The position numbers and the translations under genes were made by a program. The notes under the pieces were generated by a model. The model was given only the letters and a program-made list of their open reading frames with translations, ran no database searches and was not told where the DNA came from. A DNA stretch of 64,000 nt. It comes from an uncultured Candidatus Saccharibacteria bacterium (lineage in GTDB: Bacteria > Patescibacteriota > Minisyncoccia > Phycocordibacterales > JAACPR01). The stretch's first letter is position 1, and each line of letters begins with the position of its first letter. Positions 10,237 through 20,722 of this stretch are shown here, piece after piece. The stretch lies in contig CAYOAT010000001.1 of NCBI GenBank assembly GCA_964402215.1, positions 70,703-134,702 of the forward strand. The letters are read 5' to 3'.

Positions 10237-11637
10237 TTAGTTTAACTTTTTCTTTAAGAAACTCAAAATATCGTCTTGTTTCACTCTTTCCTGTTCACCA
10301 GTATCTCGATCACGAATTGTAACCGAATCATCTTTTTCAATCGTATCAAAATCAATTGTTATACAAAATGGAGTACCAATTTCATCTTGTTTTCGATAGC
10401 GCTTGCCGATACTACCTGCCTCATCATATATAACTTGCCCACCAATTCCCGCGATGACTGAATTAATTTGTTTTTTAATCATTAAATGAACTTCCTTTGC
10501 ACGCTCAACTAATTGTGGTTTATTCTTCATCAAAGGAAATACAGCAACAATAACAGGAGCAACTTTTGGTGAAAGTTTTAAATACTCTCTCGCTTCACCA
10601 CCAAGTTCGTCTTCCTTGTATGCATCGGTCAAAATCGCCAAAATTAATCTGCCAATTCCAACGGATGGTTCAATAACGTGTGGGAGAAATTTTTCTTTTG
10701 TTTCTTCATCAAAATATTCAAGAGAAACTTTACTTGCAGCGGCATGTGCCGAAAGATCAAAATTGGTTCTATAAGCCAAGCCGTACAATTCTTTTCTGCC
10801 AAAAGGATAATCAAATTCAAAATCGATTGTTCTCTTTGAATAATGAGCACGATCTGCCGGATCAACCTCTAATTTGTGAACTTTTTTCTGATCTAGGCCA
10901 AGATCTTTTGTAAATTCGATAACCTGCTCTGTAAAATCATCAAAAATCTTTTCCCAATTATTTGGATTAATAAAATATTCAATTTCCATTTGTTCAAATT
11001 CTCTAACACGGAAAAGAAAATCTCTTGGGGCGATTTCATTTCTAAAGGCTTTACCAATTTGTGCAAGACCAAATGGTAATTTTGGGTGAAAAGAATCCAA
11101 GACATTTTTAAAATTAACAAACATTCCACCAGCTGTTTCGGGTCGTAAATATGAAATTGCCGCTTCGTCTTCGGTAGCACCGATATGAGTTTGAAGCATC
11201 ATATTAAATTGTTTTACCTCGCCAAGGGCATTACCGTCTGGGCTTTTCAGTTTTAGTTCCTGAATTTTTGAATTCATATCAGAAAGTTTCATTCCCTTTA
11301 CCGAAATACCGGCATCTTCTAATAAATGGTCCGCTCGAAATCGTTTTTTTGTTTTTATATCTTCTACCAGTGGATCTGAAAATCCATCGACGTGGCCAGA
11401 GGCTTTCCAAACATTTTGATTCATTAAAATAGCGGCATCAACCGGATACATGTCATCGCGGTCTAAAACAAACCTCTTCCACCAAATATTTTCTATATTT
11501 TTCTTCAAAACAACACCAAATGGTCCATAATCCCAGGTACCGGCCAAGCCACCGTAAATTTCTGACCCCTGATAAACAAATCCCCTTCTTTTGCAGAGAG
11601 AGATTATCTTTTCCATTGTGTTATCTTTTTCTTTCAT
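10237..11637 (-). CDS. glyQS: Glycine--tRNA ligase, alpha2 (eukaryote/archaea-like) type
   Basis: LRPETA, GKAFRNEI, FRVREFEQME, VIEPSVG, SIGKRYRKQDEIGTP. Confidence 0.97.
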   Translation of the reverse strand: MKEKDNTMEKIISLCKRRGFVYQGSEIYGGLAGTWDYGPFGVVLKKNIENIWWKRFVLDRDDMYPVDAAILMNQNVWKASGHVDGFSDPLVEDIKTKKRFRADHLLEDAGISVKGMKLSDMNSKIQELKLKSPDGNALGEVKQFNMMLQTHIGATEDEAAISYLRPETAGGMFVNFKNVLDSFHPKLPFGLAQIGKAFRNEIAPRDFLFRVREFEQMEIEYFINPNNWEKIFDDFTEQVIEFTKDLGLDQKKVHKLEVDPADRAHYSKRTIDFEFDYPFGRKELYGLAYRTNFDLSAHAAASKVSLEYFDEETKEKFLPHVIEPSVGIGRLILAILTDAYKEDELGGEAREYLKLSPKVAPVIVAVFPLMKNKPQLVERAKEVHLMIKKQINSVIAGIGGQVIYDEAGSIGKRYRKQDEIGTPFCITIDFDTIEKDDSVTIRDRDTGEQERVKQDDILSFLKKKLN

Positions 11638-11643
11638 ATTCCA

Positions 11644-13590
11644 CTATTGAACCACATCTCCGTGTTTATCGAAAGCATTTCTACCAACAAGTAATGTATT
11701 CGTTACCTCTCCAGGTAATTCAATTTTTGTCTTTGCAAAGGCATCAAAAGAAGAAACGGAAATACTATTAACCAGATCTGGAGTATAACCAATTTGACTT
11801 ATACTTGGGCGAATTTTTAATTGAAAACTGACTGAACGGCTAGGAGCACTATGGCCAGTTCCGGCACTAATTCTTCCAGGACTCCAAATTATTCTTCGCG
11901 AGGTTGAATCGTAGGTAATATCTTCACTTATTGGATAAACATTTCCTGTCCACGTTACATATGTTGGCAGCAGCCCAATTACCTTTGTAGTTTCTACGTC
12001 ATTTGTACTATTTAAAATTTCCCAAGTTGCCGTGTACAAAGTTTCTTGTTCAACCTTTGGCGGAACAGGTCCGGAATCAATGAAGCTAGCGGTTTTTGTA
12101 TACTGAGAATTATATGAAGTTTTTGAGTCAAAAACCAAATCAGAAAGTATTTTTATAGTTACAAAATCTCTCTCTTCTATTTTTTCGTCGACTCCCGATT
12201 CTGAAGTTCTAAGACCAGTTACAATTGCAGATATTCTAACTTCCGGATTAACTAAACTTTTATTATTTACAGATAAATCATATGTTTCTAACTTATCTGA
12301 AATCGGGATACTGCTTCTAGGAGGAACAGAAGATAATTTTTCTAGGGTATTCTTTGTGTATGAAATCAAGTTTGTATATGAATCATAAAATCCACTTGTT
12401 ACTAAAATCTTACCCTTATCCAAGACTTTCCCTTCTAGATATAGTTTAGCCTCAACATCACGCACGACATTATTAGTATTATTAGAAAACGTTAGGATGT
12501 AATTTATTTCATCTCCACTCTCTACGACCGCGATCGGCTCACTTGAACCATTTATAGCCAAATCAAGACCAATAAATGGTTTTTCAAGCAAAACAACGTG
12601 TCTGACATTGGTAAGGGTTATGTCAATTTCCTCTTTATTATCAGATTTTGGTGTCCCAGCCGAAAATTTAAAAGCCCTCTCCTCATTATCTTGGGCTTGA
12701 AGTTGGCCCGATATTTTTATGTTTTTGACATCGGTCGGATTAAATTCACCAAATTCCCAAACATTATTTCCATAAGTTGGCGCGATATTTGCCTTCTCAT
12801 ATTTGAAACCAAAAGGATATTCAGCGATAACTAGCAAATTATTTATTGGTCTTTCGGAATTTGATTTGATTTCCAAATTAAAATCCATGGTTTGGCCAGA
12901 AGAGATTTTATCTAGCGCAGTAACAAGTATCTGTACTGGCGAAACACTAAGTGTGATTGTAAAAGTTTTTGTTTTACTCAACAATACGACTGACCCGGGT
13001 GTTCGATACTCGACATTTACATCTACAGATTTTGTCTCTCCATTTTCACCAAAAAAAGCCATATCAAGAGTTTTCTTTATGACAGACCCAGCTGATAGAT
13101 CACCAATTTCGATGCGACCTCGTCTTAAGTCATTCTTTAAGTCACTAGATTTTGTTCCTTCAGGATATTCAATAGCCAAATTAGTTGACTCCATATTTAT
13201 TTGACTATTGTTTTGAACAACAACATCTATAGACAACTGATCCCCCCCACCGACAGAAACCGGACCAACTATATCAATATTAATATCGTCGGTTGAAATT
13301 ATTTGTTCTCCCCCTATAAACATATAAGCTGCAAATCCTAAAGAACCGAGGAAAAATAATATTGCGACAACCAAGACTGTCCAAAATATTCCAGTTTTTT
13401 GTTTGTTAATTGGAAAAGATTCAGAAGACGAGTTATCTAGTAAATCCCCATCCTTCCAATCTGGCATTTCTTCATATTTTTTCACATCGAATTCAGAACG
13501 TTCATCTGTATCAAAAGACTGATTCTTTGAAAACAATTTATTTTCAAGTTTTTCTATTCGATTGGTTTCTTTTTTATCAAAGTAATTCAT
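11644..13590 (-). CDS. Large single-pass membrane protein with repeated beta-sandwich (Ig/DUF11-like) extracellular domains
   Basis: One TM helix near residue 70, followed by ~550 aa of beta-rich repeats. Function unknown. Confidence 0.65.
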   Translation of the reverse strand: MNYFDKKETNRIEKLENKLFSKNQSFDTDERSEFDVKKYEEMPDWKDGDLLDNSSSESFPINKQKTGIFWTVLVVAILFFLGSLGFAAYMFIGGEQIISTDDINIDIVGPVSVGGGDQLSIDVVVQNNSQINMESTNLAIEYPEGTKSSDLKNDLRRGRIEIGDLSAGSVIKKTLDMAFFGENGETKSVDVNVEYRTPGSVVLLSKTKTFTITLSVSPVQILVTALDKISSGQTMDFNLEIKSNSERPINNLLVIAEYPFGFKYEKANIAPTYGNNVWEFGEFNPTDVKNIKISGQLQAQDNEERAFKFSAGTPKSDNKEEIDITLTNVRHVVLLEKPFIGLDLAINGSSEPIAVVESGDEINYILTFSNNTNNVVRDVEAKLYLEGKVLDKGKILVTSGFYDSYTNLISYTKNTLEKLSSVPPRSSIPISDKLETYDLSVNNKSLVNPEVRISAIVTGLRTSESGVDEKIEERDFVTIKILSDLVFDSKTSYNSQYTKTASFIDSGPVPPKVEQETLYTATWEILNSTNDVETTKVIGLLPTYVTWTGNVYPISEDITYDSTSRRIIWSPGRISAGTGHSAPSRSVSFQLKIRPSISQIGYTPDLVNSISVSSFDAFAKTKIELPGEVTNTLLVGRNAFDKHGDVVQ

Positions 13591-13610
13591 TCAAAATAAT
13601 TATAACACTA

Positions 13611-14216
13611 TTATAAATGACTATCGCGAATTGCCCTATTTATTTCCACAATCATGCCTTTTTGAGAAAAAACAATATTTTGGCTTAACTTTAAAATTAA
13701 TTCAAAATCTAGCTGATTTTTTAAATAAAATTCTATATCTTTAGTCTGTTTCAAGTATCCTAAATGATACAAAATAGCGGCAGAAAAAATTGCTTCGAAA
13801 GATAATATATCATTTTGATTATTAAATTTATCCTGATTTTCTAAAGAAAAATCTAAAAAACGTGCCGTTTCGGTATAGATTACTTCATCCTTTACTTCGC
13901 CGGCAATTAGACGATTAATCAAACTAAATACTCTACAAACAGATTCACGAAGATCCTCATTAACCATATCGGTATAAAAGTTTTTTACAAAACCTGCGTT
14001 AACCAATCTCCAACCTGTGCGGCCAGAAACTAATGCAACATTGACTAGAGAAAAATCCTGAATAGATTGTCTCATCTTGGACTCCATTTTTCTGGCGCCC
14101 TGAGCAGTTGCCCTAATAACTCCGAATTCTTCAGTTAGCAAAATAATACTGCTGTCTGCTTCCCTTGTTTGGAAACTTTTCAAAACAAAAGCTTTTGTTC
14201 TGTGAATATGATGCAT
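13611..14216 (-). CDS. recO: DNA repair protein RecO (shortened)
   Basis: N-terminal OB fold: AFVLK...EAD..I.LLTEEFG.I.A.AQGARK..SK. Confidence 0.85.
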   Translation of the reverse strand: MHHIHRTKAFVLKSFQTREADSSIILLTEEFGVIRATAQGARKMESKMRQSIQDFSLVNVALVSGRTGWRLVNAGFVKNFYTDMVNEDLRESVCRVFSLINRLIAGEVKDEVIYTETARFLDFSLENQDKFNNQNDILSFEAIFSAAILYHLGYLKQTKDIEFYLKNQLDFELILKLSQNIVFSQKGMIVEINRAIRDSHL

Positions 14217-14232
14217 TAACTAACTTTTTAAT

Positions 14233-17200
14233 TTAATTAATCGAGATTTTAAATGAAAATCCTTCCGTCTCAAGAATGGCCCCATCATTTCTCTCAATGG
14301 TTATTTTTGTCGCCCGCACAGATTCCGAAATTTGATTTGAAAATTTATTAATAAATTCAACACCACGTCCGCCAGTTTCAACTGATAAAATAATTTTATC
14401 ATTTGGAACAAGTTTCTTTTCTTTCCTCAAGCTTTGAATAAATCGAACTAACTCGCGCAGAGTCCCTTCTTGTTTTAATTCCGCATCAATTACAGTATCA
14501 AGTTGAACTTTTTGTTCTCCTAATGTTTGGTCGGAAATAATTTCCTTAACATTAACTTCGTCTTTTATAAGTTCAATTAAATCTGCACTGATTTCAGTTG
14601 AGGGAATATTTATTTTTAGAGTTCGTAGGGGTTGTCTAACTTTAATTCCAAACTTATCCCGTTCTAGTAAAGAAATACTGACGAGATTTCTAACGTTCGC
14701 CATTTCACCTAGAAGTTTTTGATCAACATCTTTTATTTCTGGCCAAGATTCTAAATGAACGCTGCGATTTTGGTCAGTAAAATTTATATTATTTATTCTT
14801 TGATAAATCATTTCAGCGGTAAAAGGCATAAATGGAGCCATTATTTTAGCGAATTCGTTCAAAACATAAAATGTCGTCTGAATTGCAAATTCGCGATCTT
14901 CGCTATTTTCGTTTTTAAATCGGTCACGTGAACGACGAACATACCAAGTCGATAAATCATCAACAAAATCAAAGAAAGTTCGACACGCAGTATTTAACTC
15001 GTAAATTTCCATTGCATCTGTTGTCTCTTTTAGAACTTGATTTAATCTTGCAATAATCCATTTATCAAGAACATTTGACGACTCAGTTTTTGTTACAGGC
15101 GCCACGGAATTTTGATCCTTGTACAAATCGTAAAACGCAACAACATTTAACAGCCGTGAAATAATTTTTTTGTAAACTTCATCAACCCCCTTTTCAGAAA
15201 AACTAAGTGGTTCGGCCTGAACAATTCCAGAAGATAGCATGTAGTATCGCATTGGATCAGCGCCATATTTGTTGAAAATCAAACTTGGCTCTGGATAATT
15301 TTTCAATCTTTTCGACATTTTTTGTCCGTCTTCAGCCAAAACTAATCCATTCACCACAACATTTTTGTATGGGGCTTTTCCAAACAACGCGGTGTTCAAA
15401 GCGAGCAGTGTGTAAAACCAACCACGAGTCTGATCAAGTCCTTCTGCAATAAAATCTGCAGGAAATTTTTGACGTGTTTTAAACAATCCTGAAAAACCAA
15501 CAGCCGGTTCCATTGTTTTTTCAAAAGGATAATGAGGAACAGCAAATGGCATTGATCCAGAATCAAACCAAGTATCAAAAACTTCCGGAATTCTCTTCAT
15601 TAGCTTTCCGTTTTTAGTAAAAGTAATTTCATCAATATATGGACGATGAAGATCCAAAATATATTCGTCATCGTGAGGAATCGGAGCAAAGTTAAATTCA
15701 GTAACACTGCCCGTTGGGACAAGATCAGAAGATTCTTCTTTTATTTTTGCAGCGGCTTTGTTATCAAGACCCTCGTTTAGTGACATTAACATCCATATTG
15801 GATATTCATGGCTTACAACAAGGATATTTTTGTCACTATGTTTTTTATTTATCTCATAAATAAAATCACCGATTCTTTTTTTAATATCAGTTAAATTTTC
15901 ACCGCCTTCAGGTTTTTCATAAAACTTATCTAGAAAACTTTTATAAGTTAGATCATACTCTTCAAAAGCTTTTCCATTCAAAATTCCAGACTGTGTTTCT
16001 TTTAATCTATCATCAATAATTAATTTATCAGCCGAAATATTTAATTCCTTCATCAAAATATCAGCAGTCTCACGTGTTCGAATGAGCGGTGAACAATAAA
16101 CAAAATCAATTTCCTTACCCACAAATTTACTTGCAGCATCTAGAGCTTGTTTTTTTCCTTTTTCGGTTAAGTGAACAGGTTTAGAATTATCAGAATTTAA
16201 AAAGCGACCGACATTATGATCTGCCTCACCGTGTCGCATCAAATAAAATGTATTTGAACTTTTTGTTCTATCTTTTATATCTTTGATTGAACCTAAAAAT
16301 TCTATTTCAGTTGAATCTTCTGATTTCCAAATTGGCATTGGCGTTCCCCAATAACGAGATCTAGAAACTCCCCAATCTTTTACATTTTCTAGCCAATTTC
16401 CAAAACGTTTTTCTCCAATATTTTGTGGAACCCAATGAACTTTCTTGTTCAGGGCAACCATTTTTTGATTATAATTTGTAACTTTTATAAACCAAGAAGA
16501 AAGTGCAAAATTCAAAAGCGGCGCATCTGTTCTCCAACAATGAGGATACGAGTGCACAATTTTTTCCTTTGCAAAAAGAGTTCCATCAGCCGCTAGCCTT
16601 TTAATAACTAAAACGTCAGTTGCAGTTGGGTCTTCTTTGGGCTTTGCCTGTAAACCGGCAAATCCTGTAATTTCTGGCTTTATAGAGCCATCAATATTTA
16701 CGTGTTGTACAAATGGTAATTTATTTTTTTGACCAAGAACAAGGTCATCTTCACCAAATCCTGGGGCAATGTGTACAATTCCCGTGCCGTCTTCAGTTGT
16801 AACGAAACTGCCTGAATATATTTTCCAACCGTTTTCACGATTTAGTAAATCAGTTTTATTTGAATAATAATCAAATAATGGACGATATTTTTTACCAACA
16901 AGATCACTTCCATTTATTGTTTCAATCTCTTCAAAACTTTTATCTTTCAAAGTCGATGCCAATCTACTTTTCGCCAAAATCAAAATATCATTTTCAACTT
17001 TTACTTTTACATATTCAATATTTTCACCGACTGCCAAGGCAACATTACCGAAAAGCGTCCAAGGTGTGGTCGTCCAAGCTAACAAATAAGTATTTTCCTC
17101 TCCTTCCAAAGCAAATTTTACATAAACCGAAATATCGGTGATATCTTTGTAACCGGAATTTACTTCAAAGTTTGAAAGGGGCGTTTCAAGTAGCGGAGAA

Positions 17201-17742
17201 ATCTGCATCACTTTAAAATCTTCATAAACCAAACCTTTTTTCTGTAATTCACTAAAAGCCCACCAAACCGATTCCATAAAATTAGAAGACATGGTGGTGT
17301 ATTGATTTTCCATGTCAATAAAACGGCCGGTTCTTGGAACAATTTCTTTCCACTCTCTATCATATCGAAACACACTATCCTTTGCGGCTTTACTAAAAGC
17401 TTTTATGCCAAAATTCTCGATATCTTTTTTTGTTCGAAGATTATTTTCTTCTTGAACCAATTTTTCAATTGGCAAACCATGACAATCCCATCCCCATCTG
17501 CGGTCAACGTGATACCCGCGCATCGTCTCATATCTTGGAATAACATCTTTCATTGTTCCAGCCAAAATATGCCCATAATGAGGAAGTCCTGTGGCAAAAG
17601 GAGGGCCGTCGTAAAAAACATAATCACCTTTTGGTGAAGATTTCGCCAAGGTCTTTTCAAAAATTTTATTTTCTTTCCAGAAATTTAAAACCTTCTCTTC
17701 TTCTAAAGCAAACGGGCTTTTATTTGTATCGTCATTATTCAT
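14233..17742 (-). CDS. ileS: Isoleucine--tRNA ligase (type 2) with an inserted histidine-phosphatase domain
   Basis: DGPPFATGLPHYGH, GWDCHGLP, WTTTPWT, GTGIVH, SRSRYWGTP, EGLDQTRGWF, KMSKR. Internal MRHGE...SPLIRT.ET...VVSH block at ~15690-16260. Confidence 0.97.
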   Translation of the reverse strand: MNNDDTNKSPFALEEEKVLNFWKENKIFEKTLAKSSPKGDYVFYDGPPFATGLPHYGHILAGTMKDVIPRYETMRGYHVDRRWGWDCHGLPIEKLVQEENNLRTKKDIENFGIKAFSKAAKDSVFRYDREWKEIVPRTGRFIDMENQYTTMSSNFMESVWWAFSELQKKGLVYEDFKVMQISPLLETPLSNFEVNSGYKDITDISVYVKFALEGEENTYLLAWTTTPWTLFGNVALAVGENIEYVKVKVENDILILAKSRLASTLKDKSFEEIETINGSDLVGKKYRPLFDYYSNKTDLLNRENGWKIYSGSFVTTEDGTGIVHIAPGFGEDDLVLGQKNKLPFVQHVNIDGSIKPEITGFAGLQAKPKEDPTATDVLVIKRLAADGTLFAKEKIVHSYPHCWRTDAPLLNFALSSWFIKVTNYNQKMVALNKKVHWVPQNIGEKRFGNWLENVKDWGVSRSRYWGTPMPIWKSEDSTEIEFLGSIKDIKDRTKSSNTFYLMRHGEADHNVGRFLNSDNSKPVHLTEKGKKQALDAASKFVGKEIDFVYCSPLIRTRETADILMKELNISADKLIIDDRLKETQSGILNGKAFEEYDLTYKSFLDKFYEKPEGGENLTDIKKRIGDFIYEINKKHSDKNILVVSHEYPIWMLMSLNEGLDNKAAAKIKEESSDLVPTGSVTEFNFAPIPHDDEYILDLHRPYIDEITFTKNGKLMKRIPEVFDTWFDSGSMPFAVPHYPFEKTMEPAVGFSGLFKTRQKFPADFIAEGLDQTRGWFYTLLALNTALFGKAPYKNVVVNGLVLAEDGQKMSKRLKNYPEPSLIFNKYGADPMRYYMLSSGIVQAEPLSFSEKGVDEVYKKIISRLLNVVAFYDLYKDQNSVAPVTKTESSNVLDKWIIARLNQVLKETTDAMEIYELNTACRTFFDFVDDLSTWYVRRSRDRFKNENSEDREFAIQTTFYVLNEFAKIMAPFMPFTAEMIYQRINNINFTDQNRSVHLESWPEIKDVDQKLLGEMANVRNLVSISLLERDKFGIKVRQPLRTLKINIPSTEISADLIELIKDEVNVKEIISDQTLGEQKVQLDTVIDAELKQEGTLRELVRFIQSLRKEKKLVPNDKIILSVETGGRGVEFINKFSNQISESVRATKITIERNDGAILETEGFSFKISIN

Positions 17743-17829
17743 AAATTTTTAGTAAATATAAAGATATCTTATCACAAAATCAAGCTTAAAAACGCTTGAT
17801 TTTGGCTTGAAATAAACTTTTAATAAAAT

Positions 17830-19566
17830 CTACATTCGACTAGGAACCTTTATACCTAACACTTTTAGACCGTTTTGAATAACATGCATTACGGCCTTTG
17901 TTATAGCCACCTTATAAGCTTCATTTGGCCCACCATCAAGAATCATATTTTGTGCGTAGAATGAATTAAATTCACTACAAATCTTTGTCAGCAACGTTGT
18001 AATGTCTTGTGGTGAAAGTCCGCCTGAATAAGCATTTTTAACTTCCTCTGGAAAACGATAAAGTAATTTTTCAATATTTGTCGTTTGCCAGCCTTCGGGT
18101 TCAGTAGTTTCAACAAATTCTATCTCCTTTTCTTTTGCCGAATCAATAATAGATTTTGTTCGAACATATGTGTATTGCAAATATGGGCCAGAGTCCCCTT
18201 CAAAAGAAACCGCGGCGTCTTTATCAAAAATAATATCGCGTCCGATTGCTTGTTTTAATATTGAATATTTTAAAGCGCCCACAGAAATAATTGTTTTTAC
18301 ATCTGCAGCATCTTGCTCTCCAAAATTTCTGTCTTTAATTTTTTCTGCGACAGTTTCTTCTATTTCTTGTAGTAAAGAATCACCAGTTATGACATTTCCC
18401 TTTCTCGACGACATCTTGCCTTCGGCAAAACGCATCATGCCGTGTGTAATATGCAAAGTTTTTGAGGAAATTTCTGGTCGAAGTTTTTTTAGTGCAGCCA
18501 AAATTACTTTGTAATATTCTTTTTGTTCACTGGCCGTAACAATTATTGAAGCATCGAACTTTCCAAATTTTTTCTGCAAAACATCCTCTTTGTAATATGC
18601 AAGACCAATATCTTTTGCTTCATAAGCTGGCAAACCAGCAGATGTGATAAAAACTCGCGTGTGCAAACCGTCTTTTTCTCCGTGATAAACAATAGCACCG
18701 TCACTTAATTCAAAAACATTAGGAATATTTGTTCTAACAATTTCACTTCCCGACTTTGCCATTTCATGTTCAAAAATTAATTGAGCGAAAGTTGAACCCA
18801 ATTTTTCGTACATATCATTGAAATGCCACAAACTCCATTCGCGACCTTTGTCGTACAAAGCTTTTATTTCAGGATCATCGTTCTGTTTTTGTTCATCAAA
18901 AAGATAATAAACTTTTTTATTTATTTCATTTATTTCTGCTTTAGCAGTTTCGTCTTCCTCATATTTACTTGCACCAAAGGCATAGACTTTTCCCAAATAA
19001 TCAGTTTTTTCAACAATTGTTGCAGAATCTTTTGGCATTTCGGAAATATTTTGTTTTATTCCCCACAAAGCTTTTGCCACATGCAAACCAACATCACCCT
19101 GGTAACAAACGCGAGTTACAGTTGCTCCATTCCACTCCAAAATTCTTGCAATTGATTCGCCGATAGAATTAGACATTAAATGCCCGATATGAAGAGGTTT
19201 GAACGGATTTGGATCTGTAAATTCAACAATAATATTTTTTCCGGCCAAATCTTTGTTACGACCATAATGTATTTCGCCATTCAAAACTTGTTGAACTGAC
19301 TTCTTGAAAAATGATCGACTTAAGAAAAAATTAATAAACCCTGGACCAGCTATTTCGATTTTTTCTATCTCCTCATTTTTTGATTCATTTAATTTTGCCA
19401 AAATCTCTTCTGCAATTTGTCGTGGATTGCCCTTATTTTTTTGAGCCAAAATTAGTGCGACGTTTGTAGAATAATCTCCGAACTTCAAATCTGCTGGATG
19501 TTCAACGACAAAATCAACTTTTTCAGTTAAAGCTTTTTCAATTAATTGTTTTATCGTATTTTTCAT
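17830..19566 (-). CDS. argS: Arginine--tRNA ligase
   Basis: FGDYSTN, AGPGFINF, PNPFKPLHIGH, KMSSRKG, GDSGPYLQY. ATG at 19566 is preferred because the longer ORF overlaps dut. Confidence 0.96.
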   Translation of the reverse strand: MKNTIKQLIEKALTEKVDFVVEHPADLKFGDYSTNVALILAQKNKGNPRQIAEEILAKLNESKNEEIEKIEIAGPGFINFFLSRSFFKKSVQQVLNGEIHYGRNKDLAGKNIIVEFTDPNPFKPLHIGHLMSNSIGESIARILEWNGATVTRVCYQGDVGLHVAKALWGIKQNISEMPKDSATIVEKTDYLGKVYAFGASKYEEDETAKAEINEINKKVYYLFDEQKQNDDPEIKALYDKGREWSLWHFNDMYEKLGSTFAQLIFEHEMAKSGSEIVRTNIPNVFELSDGAIVYHGEKDGLHTRVFITSAGLPAYEAKDIGLAYYKEDVLQKKFGKFDASIIVTASEQKEYYKVILAALKKLRPEISSKTLHITHGMMRFAEGKMSSRKGNVITGDSLLQEIEETVAEKIKDRNFGEQDAADVKTIISVGALKYSILKQAIGRDIIFDKDAAVSFEGDSGPYLQYTYVRTKSIIDSAKEKEIEFVETTEPEGWQTTNIEKLLYRFPEEVKNAYSGGLSPQDITTLLTKICSEFNSFYAQNMILDGGPNEAYKVAITKAVMHVIQNGLKVLGIKVPSRM

Positions 19567-19570
19567 AATT

Positions 19571-19996
19571 TTATTTTCGTCCTGTTGAACCAAAACACCC
19601 TTCACCACGACTTGAATCATTTAATTCAGAAACTTCTTCAAGTTCTGGAATAACTACTGGATATATCACTAATTGTGCTATTTTATCACCTTTTTCAATC
19701 TTGTATGACTCGTTACCAAGATTAATTAAATTAACATTGTATTCACCACGATAACCAGGATCGAAAACTCCACCCATCGTATGTAATCCAGCCTTTTTGG
19801 GTAAACCACTTTTATCTTTTATGATTGCTGCAAAATTATTATCAAATTCCATTGCAAAACCTACCGGGAAAATCCTTCTTTCCATTGGTTTTAACTCATA
19901 ATCTTCAAGAGAATATAAATCCATACCAACGTCCCCTGGGTGCGCATATGTTGGTAATTTTGCGTCTTTATTCAACCTCTTGATCTTTATTTTCAT
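19571..19996 (-). CDS. dut: dUTP diphosphatase (trimeric dUTPase)
   Basis: All five motifs are recognisable: GMDL, KSG, GVFDPGYRGE, KIAQL, RGEGCFGSTG. Confidence 0.95.
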   Translation of the reverse strand: MKIKIKRLNKDAKLPTYAHPGDVGMDLYSLEDYELKPMERRIFPVGFAMEFDNNFAAIIKDKSGLPKKAGLHTMGGVFDPGYRGEYNVNLINLGNESYKIEKGDKIAQLVIYPVVIPELEEVSELNDSSRGEGCFGSTGRK

Positions 19997-20024
19997 ACAA
20001 ACATCATATCAAATATAAAAAATA

Positions 20025-20050
20025 AAAGCCGAGAGATTTCCCTCGGCCTT
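20025..20050 (-). terminator. Probable terminator hairpin after tmk
   Basis: AAAAGCCGAG-agatttcc-CTCGGCCTTT. Confidence 0.6.
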
Positions 20051-20067
20051 TAGTGTAAAAAGAAGAC

Positions 20068-20721
20068 TTATCTGAGGCCCAAAATTCGGACGACCTCTTC
20101 GTAAACTTCGTCAGGTGTACGACTGGCATCGATCGTTATGCTCGGGACAAGTTTCATGAACTCACGAAATCCTTCACGGACTCTTTCGTGAAATTCAATC
20201 GGCTTTTCGTCGAGATGGTTCAGATCTTGCTTGCCCTCTTTTTTTCTGGCAAGTGCAACTTGTACATCAACATCAAAAAAGATATAAAGATCTGGCTTAT
20301 AGTCACCAATAATGAAGTTTCTGAAAGTAAAGAAAGTTTCTCTCAGTTCTTCTGCTTCATATCCATAAATCTCGATGGCGAATGTCGCCGAATCAAAACG
20401 ATCGGTAGCAGCCATTAGTCCAGCATCAACCGCAGGTGCAATTGTTTTCTCAACATGATCACATCTTGTTGCCCAGAACATTGTCGCCAAAGTCTTGGCA
20501 CTCGCATTTTTTGCATTAGGCCAAGTCAAAATAGCTGGCCGCAGATCCTCAGCATACGGCGAACCGCCGGGCTCTCTAGTTGTGACAATTTTGTCGCCAA
20601 ACTCTGCTTTTAGTCGCTTTAAAACTGTCGATTTACCAGATCCTTCTGGCCCATCGAATACAAAGAATTTACCTTTTTGTGACATAATTTTCTCCTTGAA
20701 TTTACTTTCTTCTTTCGACAC
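20068..20721 (-). CDS. tmk: Thymidylate kinase
   Basis: P-loop DGPEGSGKST, TREPGG, TDRF, PDL...DVD, FHERVREGF. Confidence 0.93.
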   Translation of the reverse strand: MSKEESKFKEKIMSQKGKFFVFDGPEGSGKSTVLKRLKAEFGDKIVTTREPGGSPYAEDLRPAILTWPNAKNASAKTLATMFWATRCDHVEKTIAPAVDAGLMAATDRFDSATFAIEIYGYEAEELRETFFTFRNFIIGDYKPDLYIFFDVDVQVALARKKEGKQDLNHLDEKPIEFHERVREGFREFMKLVPSITIDASRTPDEVYEEVVRILGLR

Positions 20722-20722
20722 T

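Noticed and set aside
15690-16260. Intein or intron in ileS
   Set aside because: No Cys/Ser...His-Asn splice motifs or LAGLIDADG blocks; the insert has histidine phosphatase motifs and keeps the frame.
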